Shown here in pieces: positions 1-11,100 of a DNA stretch of 64,000 nt. How positions within the stretch are numbered: the stretch's first letter is position 1; the number at the start of each line of letters is the position of its first letter. The DNA is from Paraspadella gotoi (Eukaryota > Animalia > Chaetognatha). The notes under the pieces were generated by a model that saw only the letters and a list, made by a program, of their open reading frames with translations, searched no databases and was not told the origin of the DNA. The stretch is taken from positions 20,503,976 to 20,567,975 of the forward strand of contig CM119269.1 of the NCBI GenBank assembly GCA_051294375.1, read 5' to 3'. The translations under genes and the position numbers were made by a program.

Positions 1-640
1 AACGAAAAAAAAGACTGTTTATAATCGTATAAGAGTTTATAGTAACATACATTGCTGACTTTTTATAGTTTACTGGAAATATAATTTAAATTATAGGAGT
101 TAACATTTTAAAGCAAAATTGATGCAACCGCTCGTTGTATCACATGAAACATTCTTTGAAATAATATACCACCTCATTGATAGGGAAGCCAGGTTCACTG
201 GGAGTGAATAAATAAGACTGTGAGAGAGTCTTGATTGAAAGCTTGCAGAAACCTGCTATGTTATTATCTTGTAAGTGTGATGGAGGCCTTAAACCACCAA
301 AGCCTGTCCAAAGTCAGGGACAAGATAGCTTATTTATTAAATGAATGGATAATTTTTATATTGGTTGTACCAATTTTATGATATTACACAAATTATTCGT
401 AAACTGAAAAAGGATAAAGCAAAAAAAGCTTCGCAAAAGAATAGATTTCCTTTCCTGTTTTATTTCTTTTTCTCTCTTCTTAAAACGTAAAACAATAAAA
501 GAATCCCTTTAATGGAATTTAAAAAAAAAAAAAAATCAATTCAATGGAATTTCTTTATATGAAAATTTTCATCGAAAATAAATGAGTGAAAAAAAGGGAA
601 TCTCCTTGAAGGCGAATCTAATATTCTCTGGTTTGATATA

Positions 641-762
<122 letters not shown>

Positions 763-2524
763 TTCCACTTTCTTTCAGTCTGTCTCTATCTCTCTCTCTT
801 GTTATCCCTTTTCCTTCTCACAGATGAAAATTATCTATTTTTTATCGAGGATTTGAAAAATTCAAAAGGCCACTCAATCTTCGTTGACGCTGTCATAATC
901 TTTCCCCTTAAACTCAAGTCTTTGTGGTAAAAGAGTTTTTTTTTTTTTTTGGCCAAATAGTTTGGAAACGTCACAACGAGACAATTTTCGTCACTTTTTA
1001 TCCATATTCACATCTTTAAAACGCATCAACGATGAAAAGAGTGAAACATTAAAAAAAAAAAATTATAGAAAAAATTTGCAGAAAATCATTCGTCATTTCT
1101 AACTGAAACAAATTTTACATTTTATTCTTTTTGAAAACACTATACTTTTCTTTTTCTCGTGTTTTATGGTCGCCATCTTATTTTTATTTCACATAGTTAT
1201 TTCCCAGATTTAAAAACAAAAAAATTAAAGACTCAAATCTCTCCCCCTTTTTTTTCAGGAATTTCGAGCCGCCACCGCAGAAATAATTTCCACAACTGCG
1301 ACTTAGTGTTCCGTGAAAAAAAGTAATAAAGGAAAAAGAAAAGAAAAGAGCCAACTGTGATGCACGAAAACAACGAAAAGGATTAACTTGATTTACAAAA
1401 CAATCGTGAAGCATCGAAAACGTAACCAAATAAATCTAGTCAACGTTTAAATTTACTTTTCTCTGTCCTGTCATCATTTTCATAGTCACCGTCATCGTTA
1501 TTGGTTTTGTCATTGTCATCTTCATCCTCCTCCTCTTCCTCATTGTCTAACGACTTCCGAAAGTAAAAAAAAAAGGCCAACGGCGCCATCGTCTGCCAAA
1601 GAACTAATTTCCAGCCTAAAAAAAAACGAAAAAAGACAAAAAAAGGAAACATAAAAAAAAGAGGAAGTCTAACCAAAGGCCGGATAATTCTCGTAAAACT
1701 AAGCCCATACAACCATTTTACGTCGTCTCCCGCCTCTCTCTCCTCCTCCGTCTCCTCGCTCCCTCCCCTCTCCGCGTTCTCTCATCTCCACTCTCCGCCC
1801 CATCTCCTCTCCTCGTCATCGCCTCCTCGCTCCGTCCTCTCTCTCTCAGTTTCTTTGACTCTCTCTCTCTTTCTATCTCTCTCCCCGCTGGAACTGTTTA
1901 CTCCATCGAATCGGACCGAAATCCGACGTCGGCGCCATCTTCGGCGTTCCACAGTGGCGCTCGTAATTTCATTGATGGATATTGTCGTCTACTCATAATT
2001 GGCTGATCTGTCGATCTCATCGTCTGATTGGGGGATTCTTCCCTGTTCTCTAAAATCTAATTCTCAAGGAAAGAGTCTCTGTCGTCTTCTCCATCCATTA
2101 AAAAAAAAAGGCGCCAGAATAGTTAAAACTTTTAACGTCCTCTTTTCCCTTCGCGACCAAAAGAGCGCGCCACGAAATTTAGCGTTCTCGCCCCGGCGTC
2201 ACTCCCCTCGGGACCGCGAGCATTCTCGGCGGCGCCGGTCGCCGTCTTGAATAAAAGCGACGGTTTCGCGCCGACGAATCGGCGCCATTTCCGGCGAGAG
2301 AGATCCCATTTCGCGCCTAATTCCGGTTCCGAGCCTTCCCCATTTGTTCTTTCGNNNNNNNNNNNNNNNNNNNNNNNNNCTCTCCCTCCTCTCTCTCTCG
2401 TCTCTCTCTCTCCTGAGTACTCTCTCTCTCTCTCTCTCTCTCTTCTCCCTCCGCTTTCTCTCCTCTCTCTCAGCCTCCTTCTCCTCTCTCTTCCTTCTCT
2501 CTTCTCTCTTTTTTTCCTTTTTTT

Positions 2525-2555
<31 letters not shown>

Positions 2556-2639
2556 CATCTTTTTTTTTCCCTTTTTTTTGTTTTCCCTTTTTTCCTCCTC
2601 CTCCTCCTTTTTTTTTTTTTTTTTTTTTTTTTTTTCTTT

Positions 2640-4022
2640 TTTTCTTCTACGAAAATCCATAAAGTTGGACAGGCAAAAACTCTTTTACGAAAAAAAAAAG
2701 AAAGAACTGAAATACATAAGACCTTGAAAGAAAGAAAAAAATATTGCGCGTGTGCAAGGTTTTTTTTTATAATGTCGCATTCCGCTCTCCCGATTTGGCC
2801 ATCGATTTAGAACAGCTACTTCCGATTTGGGCGCTACTTTTTCGGCTTTCTCTTTCTCGAAAATCTCTTTTCCCTTCCACGTCTTTTTCGCGCACGTTCT
2901 TTCTTCTCCCGAGTGACCATGAGCTCCTTCTCAAAAACAACATATCCCTGCCGTGTGGAAGACCGCGCGCAACGCGACGCCTTCAGATTCGCGCCAACGG
3001 AAAGCGTCCCCCTGCACGACGATGACCGCGGCGGTACTTAGCTTCTTGACCTACCGTTAAATAGTATCTTTCCTCCAACGTTCCAAAGAGACAAACAATA
3101 ACACAAATTCTCGCGGCGCATTTATGAAGACCGAAAGTGGCGCCGTCGAACTCGAAACGAGAATGACATCCCCGTCCACCCGAAATCGGGGTTCCCGGAA
3201 ATCTATCCGGAAATCCATCCGGAAAATTCTATCCGGAATTATCGGTCCTGAGATCCGCGAGTGAACCTTTCCCACTCTTCGAAAGCTCTTTGCTTCGTCT
3301 AATGATGAAATTTATATCTTCGCAAATTCAATCGCGCTTGCGTATTCCCTGCGACTACCATTTACTCGTTGGAGCTCTCCTTCCCATTCTTCGTCTTTTT
3401 TACCTAAATCGTCCTTACTTTCTGTGTAGCCCTGCCCTCTCCCCCCTCTTTAAATCCTCCCCTTCTCCGCCCCATAAGCCCCCCCTCTCTCTCCGATCGC
3501 CCCTTTTCCATCCGGCGATCCTTCCGTCGAAGTCCATGAGGATGAATTCGACGTCGCTGGAGGGCCGCGTCGACGCCAGACCTTCAGAGTCGCCACCTCC
3601 AAAGATTTCAGAATGTCCACTCAGGTGAGCCGAGTTCGTTGATTATTTTTTGGATTTTAATAAAATTATTTAGACATGTGGTATATATATGATTGTAAGC
3701 GTTACAATGTCGCGCCCATAATTCATTTTGAATAGAATCACTGAAAAAAAAAGTTTTGAAAGCTGAAAGTACGACTTTAAAAAGTTGATAGATTGAGAAT
3801 TGATAATTTAAAAAAAAAAAAAAATTTCCAAAGTCAAAAGAAAGAGTGAAGAAATAACCAATTGCAATGCGACGAAAAAAACAAAGAGAAAGATGAAAGA
3901 AAAAGAAGTTTGAAGGTTTTCCAAATTTGGTTCCGTTCACATTGCTTTTGAAGGTGAATCCCTTAAGACAAATTTTTTTGGCCGGAAAAAGAGAATAATC
4001 CCCGGGTGAGAGAAGAGAGGAG

Positions 4023-4056
<34 letters not shown>

Positions 4057-4079
4057 GAGAGAGAAGAGAGCGAGAGGAC

Positions 4080-4120
<41 letters not shown>

Positions 4121-4226
4121 GAAGAGAGAGAAGAAGAGAGGAGACAAGACAGAGAGAGAAGAGAAGAGGAAGAGAGAAATATTATGTTCAAACAAAGAGA
4201 AAAAAAAAAGAAAAACGAGGGGAGTA
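2640..4226 (+). repeat. Indel-rich direct copy of ~4227-5703 (probable long-read gap-fill duplicate)
   Basis: Colinear with 4243-5440 and, past the N gap, with 5668-5703. Differences are mostly 1-nt indels. Segment 3963-4184 (222 nt) matches the size of the 227-N gap 5441-5667. A 25-N gap (2355-2379) lies just upstream. Confidence 0.85.
3536..3624 (+). other. Indel-bearing duplicate of PTP gene first coding exon
   Basis: ATGAGGATGAATTCGACG...CAG|GTGAG. Same start and donor as 5065-5147 but 6 nt longer and internally frameshifted ([29 protein letters not shown]), so it loses the RFRM match to PTPN4. Confidence 0.7.
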
Positions 4227-4726
4227 TCTCTTTTCTTTTTTCTTCTACGAAAATCCCATAAAGTGTGGGAAGGCAACTCTTTTACGAAAAAAAAAGAAGA
4301 CTGAAGACTTAAAAAAGGAAAATATTGCGCGTGTGCAAGTTTTTTTTAATTCGCATTCCCGCTCTCCGATTGGCCGATCGAGTTTAACAGCTACTCCGAT
4401 TGGCTACTTTTTCGGCTTTCTTTCTCGAAATCTCTTTCCCTTCCACGTCTTTTCGCACGTTCTTCTCCCGAGTGACCATGAGCTTCTCAACAACATATCC
4501 TGCGTGTGAAAGACCCGCGCGCACGCGACGCTTCAGTTCGCGCCAACGAAAGCGTCCCCTGGCACGACGATGACCGCGCGCGTACTTAGCTTCTTGACCT
4601 ACCTTAAATAGTATCTTCCTCGCAACGTCCAAAGAGACAACAACAATAACACAAACAATTCCTCGCGGCGCTTTATGAACCGAAAGTGGCGCCGTCGACT
4701 CGAAACGAGAATGACATCCGCGTCAC

Positions 4727-4788
4727 CCGGAAATCGGTCCGGAAATCTATCCGGAAATCCATCCGGAAATCTATCCGGAAATCGGTCC
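4727..4788 (+). promoter_or_regulatory. Five CCGGAAAT units at 12-bp period (candidate ETS-site cluster) upstream of PTP exon 1
   Basis: ccggaaat-cggt-ccggaaat-ctat-ccggaaat-ccat-ccggaaat-ctat-ccggaaat, about 280 bp before the ATG in CpG-rich sequence. CCGGAA(A/G)T is the ETS core. Confidence 0.4.
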
Positions 4789-5064
4789 TGAGATCGCGAG
4801 TGAACCTTCACTCTTCGAAAGCTCTTTGTTCGTCTAATGATGAAATATTTATATCTCGCAAATCAATCGCGCTTCGTATTTCCCGCGACTCATTTACTCG
4901 TTGGAGCTCCCTTCCCTTCTTCGTCTTTTACCCTAAATCGTCCTTAGCTTCTGTGTAGCCCTGCCCTCTCCCCCCTCTTTAAATCCTCCCCTTCTCCGCC
5001 CCATAAGCCCCCCCTCTCTCTCCGATCGCCCCTTTTCCATCCGGCGATCCTTCCGTCGAAGTCC

Positions 5065-5147
5065 ATGAGGATGAATTCGACGTCGTTGAGCGCGTCGACG
5101 CCAGACTTCAGAGTCGCCACCTCCAAAAGATTCAGAATGTCCACCAG
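5065..5147 (+). CDS. PTPN4: PTP gene coding exon 1
   Basis: [27 protein letters not shown] + AG|GTGAG (phase 2). Joins 7955 to give [18 protein letters not shown], cf. PTPN4 [19 protein letters not shown]. Confidence 0.8.
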
Positions 5148-8100
5148 GTGAGCCGAGTTCGTGATATTTGGATTTTATTTAGACATTAGGTATATATTAT
5201 GATTGTAAAGGCGTTACGATGTCGCGCTCATTTTGAATAGATCACTGAAAAGTTGAAAGCTGAAAGTACCGACTTAAAAGTTGAAAATGAGAATTGATAA
5301 TTTAAAAAAAAAAATCAAAGTCAAAAAGAGTGAAGAAATAACAATTGCATGCGAGAAAAAAACAAAGAGAAATAGAAAGAAAAAAGAAAGTTGAAGGTTT
5401 TCCAATTTGGTTCCGTTTCATTCTTTTGAAGGTGAATCCCNNNNNNNNNNNNNNNNNNNNNNNNNNNNNNNNNNNNNNNNNNNNNNNNNNNNNNNNNNNN
5501 NNNNNNNNNNNNNNNNNNNNNNNNNNNNNNNNNNNNNNNNNNNNNNNNNNNNNNNNNNNNNNNNNNNNNNNNNNNNNNNNNNNNNNNNNNNNNNNNNNNN
5601 NNNNNNNNNNNNNNNNNNNNNNNNNNNNNNNNNNNNNNNNNNNNNNNNNNNNNNNNNNNNNNNNNNNTGTTCACAAGAGAAAAAAAGAAAACGAAGGGGA
5701 GTAAAAGACGACTAGTAAAACGCACTATGCTGTGCTATGCTATGTTTCGTCGGAAATTGACGTTTTACGATTAAACTCAATTTTTGGTATAAGGCGGAAT
5801 AACGAAAAGGCTGACAATTTCTATACTAATCCAATATCAAAAACCATCACAAAATTAGGAAATATGATTGCCGTTTCTCTCCCATGATTCAAAAAGCAAA
5901 GCTGGAAACGAAAATTGTATTTATTTTCGATATTTTTCCCTCAAGGGGAGAAAAAAATAAAAGGTTGTGAGGAAAATGTATTCCTCGCAGTGTCTCTTCC
6001 CTGATCCAATCTGTTTTCCTCTTCGGGTGATTACTCTCACCATTTCGACAGAGTTTCCGTTTGGGTCTCAAAAAGCCTAAAGGGAAAAAAGGGGAAGAAG
6101 AACATAAAAGATGAAAAAAAGGAATAGAGGGGAGGAAGATGAAAAGGAAAGGTGGAAAAGAGGTGTAGTGGGGAGGAAGAGGAAAAAGAAAGGTGGAAAG
6201 GAGATGTAGTGGGGAGGAATTAAAAGGTGGAAAAGGGAGGAAGGAAATATGGTGATAGTTCAGGTAAAAATATAAATGAGGATATATTTTGAAAAGAATA
6301 AAATAAAAAAGAACCAAAAAAATGAATAGAATAAAACGAATAAAACGAATAAAAATAATAATCAGAATTAAAATAATAAAAATTATAAAAACAATGAAAT
6401 ATCTACAAGTGAAGAAAAATAAAATAATAACAAAACAATTCTGAAAAAAATGCACAGAAAAAAGGGAAGGATTGTGGGCGGTAGAAAGAAAGAGCTAAAA
6501 AAACTAATGTGAAAAAGAAAATGAAAAGAAATAGGGAGAAGGAAACGAAAATAGAAAACATAATAAAAGTTGAAGAGAAGAAAGAAAAGGGAGGAAAGAA
6601 GGGAGAGAAAACGAAGAATAATGAAACAAGAAAAAAAAGGAAAGAAAAGCAAAAAAAAATCAGAAAAAATGAAGAGAAAAGAAAAAGAAATAAAAATTCG
6701 ACGTGAGAAAAAAAAAACGAAAATTGATGGTAAACGAGGAAGAAACAAGAGGGATCGCGGAAGGGAGGAAGTGTAGAGAGGGAGAGAAGATAAGAAGAGA
6801 GAAGGAAAGAAGAGAAAATTAAAGTCAGGAAAAGAAAAGAAAAGAATTTTTCTCGTGAACCGAGTTTCTCTTTATTGCATCTTTTACATAGTCTGAAACC
6901 CATCCGATGAAATTCATAATAAACTTGAAAAAAAAAGTAACGCAACTGGCATAATTTGAGAAACTGTAGTCTTTTGATTTATTTTCATTATTTGACTAAG
7001 GCATTTTAAAATTCTTATTCATGAATTAAAGAAACTTGTTTATTGAGTCTTTATCTATTTGGTTTTAAAACCTGTTTCTTGCTGTCTCTCTCTTTTTCTG
7101 TCTCTCAGGCTCTTTTCCTCTCGAGACGGAAAAAAGTCAATTTAGTGGAACGAGTTACTTTTCAGTTACTTTTCGATTTTCGGTTTCTTCATTCCAAAAA
7201 TATTATTTAAGGAAGAACTCCTGCGATGATATTCCTCAGAAATAAAAAAAATATAAATTGGGTTTTAATTTATATTCTAATCGTTTATATAATCATATTT
7301 ACGAGATCAAATAAAATCGGAAGTAAAAATTTAAGAAGTTCTGTGAGCCTGATTGACTTTAAAAGCTCTTTAATGATTTCTCAACAAAACTTGTTTCTGA
7401 CGTTGCTTTTTTCGGTTCTTTTTAGTCAAATTATTTGTGAATTTTTATATAGTCCTTTCCTTATTTTTATCAAGCTTTTTTGTTTGTTTTGTTTTTTGGT
7501 TTTTTTTTTGTAACTCGACAAAAAATATTTTTTAATTTCATAAAAATTACTTTTTGATCCTATCAATTACCGAAAAAAACTCGAAATAGTTTTTAATTTT
7601 TAACTATTATATATCACCTTATAAATACAGAAATTGCATTTGTGATTAAATGTTTTTATCTAGTACTATAGTTTATTTCTTTTCCAAATCACAGTGCGGC
7701 GTGAGGAAAAAATATTTAAAAAATATAAAAATTCAATTTGGCTCCAAATTTTCTCTGAGAGGTAAAGTGAAAACGAGGGGCTGACGCAGAAGTGAAAGGA
7801 AAATCTTTCTCTTTTCATTTTCCTCATTGTCAAAACAAAAACCGTTGAAATTGCAATTTAAAAAAAAAAAAACTCGACTTACGTCATCAAATTATTAGCA
7901 TTGATGTACACAGCGACGTAACTTTCTTTATTTGATCCTATTTTTGTAACACAGAACCTACAACGTTCGTGCGTCAGAATTGGCTCACACGAAAAACACT
8001 AAGTCGTTCAAGTCGATCAAATGCATCGTCCACTTTTTGGACGACACTGAGGAGACGTTTGAGGTGAGTGGAACTTTTGACGGTCAACTAGTGGAGGAGT

Positions 8101-11100
8101 TAGTGGGTCAGAGAGTCAGTTATACTGGCCTGGATCACCTTGGGGCAAATTAGTGCGTGAAAACGAATGTTTGTTGGCAACAAATGCAAAATGTACATGA
8201 AATAAGCGAACGCTGACAGAACTCAGAAGGATTAATAAAGTTTAACAAAAAATCGTAGTTTCGAAATGAAAATTGCAGTTTTACGCTGTTTATTACTATT
8301 TTATGTACATTTCTTTTCCTTCAGTTTCCATCAAAATGTTGACGATATCTTCTTATGTGAACTACTAAAAATTTTATTTTTCCCCCCTTTTCCCCTTCTT
8401 TACTTAATTTTTTATCGCGTTGTGTCTTTGTACCCCCTTAAATTGTACATTTTTTCCCTTTTTTTCCAATTTTTTTTCCCCGTCTATTTGTAAATGACTT
8501 TGGTTTGACCTACTATTCGGTTTTTATTCGATACCAAATAAGGAGAAAGGAAGAGTCCGTCTTGAGATCGTCCTCAGACTCTTATGTAGATTACAGAAAC
8601 AATGGGGAAGGAAATGTTTTCGAGTCCCAGGGAGGACGGAGGAGAAAGGTCGGAAGTAAGGAATTCCTAGTATAAAGTAAGAAGTAAAGAGTCAAGGGTT
8701 AACGATAACGATGACTATTACNNNNNNNNNNNNNNNNNNNNNNNNNAAAGGTTAAAGGATAAAGATGAATATTAAGGATTATTGTATGTTTGTATTTTAA
8801 GCGTTAGAGATATGAGAAAAAATAGTAGTATTAATAAGTTTTGGTTATGTTTTGTTTTTTTTTTTTGTGTGCTTTTTTTTGTTTTTGGAAAAAAAAGGAG
8901 TGAAAAAATATTAGATATTTGGATTAATTTTTTTTATTATTTAATTTTGTATTAAAGTATTATTATAAAAATATAATAATTGATATTATATTTATGTCTA
9001 TATGATAATTATAATATCATAGATTATGATATATGTATATCATAATTATTTATCTACAATGAATTTAATATAACCACCCACCTCCCCCCCCATAAAGATA
9101 GAAGCTTTATAAAAGGGTATAAATTATAGAATAGGTATTAGTTTTAGAAATATAGAAAAGGATATTTAGGTAATAAATAAGAAATTATATTCTCTTATCC
9201 CCACCTTGACTCCTCCACCCACAGCACCCCCCCCACCGCCACCAGTAGATGGATAGAGGCCATCAAGAAGCAGAATAGGAGAGTAGACCCATCTATATAA
9301 AGTCATTTTAGGAGATACACACTCTTACACGCCTCCACACTCACCGCACACTCCCCAGTTACCACCACGCCTGCCAGGCACCACGACGCGCTACCACCCA
9401 GACGCCACTACCCCCCACCACCCCCCCCCCACCGCCCCCAATTTTTAGATGGGGGAAGTGATAATGGGAGGTTGAATGGAGAAAGGGAGAGATGATGGAT
9501 AGTGTAGGAGAGAGAGTTGGGAGATTTTGAGGAGGAGGAGATAGGGAGGTTAGATGGGGGGGGGTGGGGAGCAATGTAAATGGAGGGAAGTAGTTTAATG
9601 TTGAGGAGAAGTGTGAGTAATATGATTAGGTTATATATAGATGTATAAATTAGTAGTAAAAAGGTGTATATTGAGTAATAATATGATATGAATAAGTAAT
9701 ATGTTAATGGGTATAATGATGGGAAGGTGAGGAAGAACAGTAAAATTGGAATTAAGTATGATTAGAAGAATTATGGTATGATAGTATGGTGGAGGATAAA
9801 AATTGCAGATATTATAAGGAGGTTTGGAAAATAGATAAATTAATTAATTTAATCGGAGTTATTGGGATACTGGAATTTATTTGGAATGTTTGAATAGGTA
9901 ATCATTAATTATTTAAGAGTTATTCGTGGAATGGATTTTATTTTGGAAAAGAGATCACCAAGTTTTAATAGGTAAATATTAATTTATTTAATAGAGAGTT
10001 ATTGGTGGATATGGAATTTATTTGGAAAAAGAGTTGATAGGTAATGATAATTATTTAATGAGTTATTGTGATATTGGAATTTTATTTGGAATGTTTGATA
10101 GTTATATATTAATTATTTAATGAGTTATTGTGGATATGGAATTTTATTGGAATGTTTGATAAAAGGTAATATTAATTATTTAATGAAGTTATTGTGGATA
10201 TTGGAATTTATGTTGGAACTCGGCAAAGTTTGACAAATAGTATATTAATTATTAATGAGTTTATTCGTGGAATATGGACATTTATTTGGAATGTTATGAA
10301 ATAGGTAATATAATTTAAATTTAATGAGTTATCTGTGGATATGGATTTTATTGGAATGTTGAAATAGGTAATATTTATTATTTAATTGAAGTTATTCGTG
10401 ATATGGAATTTTTATTTGGAATGTTTGAATAGGTAATAATAATTATTTTATGAGTTATTGTGGATATGGAATTTTAATTTGGGAATGTTTGAAATAGGTA
10501 ATATTAATTATTTAATGAGTTATTGTGATATGGATTTTATTGGAATGTTTGAAATAGGTAATATTAAATTTATTTAATGAGTTATTGTGGATATGGAATT
10601 TATTTGGAATGTTGAAATAGGTTAATAATTAATTATTTAAGAGTTATTGTGGGATATGGAATTTTATTTTGGAGATGTTTGAATAGGTAATAAATTAATT
10701 CATTTAATGAGTTATTGTGTGATATGGAATTTTATTTGTGGAACAGTTTGAGAAATAGGTAATATTATTAATTTAAATAGAGTTATTGTGGAATATGGAA
10801 TTGGAGAGAGAAAAATGGAGATAATGTTGAAGTATAATATTGTTAAGTGATGAGAAATAATCATTGATTAAATATTATTTTAATATAATTAAATATAGAA
10901 TATAATTATAAATTAAATATAATTTTTTAAAGTTATTTATATAATTAAATTTAACACGTGGAGTTAAAAAAAAGATTAAGAAAAATGTTAGAATGTAGGA
11001 GTTATAGAAATTGAAATTAGTTCAAAAAAAAGAAGATGAAAATCGTGGGATTAGAGAAAGACAGGTAAAAGACAGGAGGAGTAGGCAGTTAAAATATGGT

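Noticed and set aside
1440-1590. Minus-strand acidic ORF (DNEEEEDEDDND...)
   Set aside because: Low-complexity trinucleotide sequence without convincing splice sites or homology.
9835-10800. CRISPR-like regularly spaced repeats (also 12583-13540)
   Set aside because: The whole unit repeats with no unique spacers, the variation is read noise, there are no cas genes, and the context is a eukaryotic intron.
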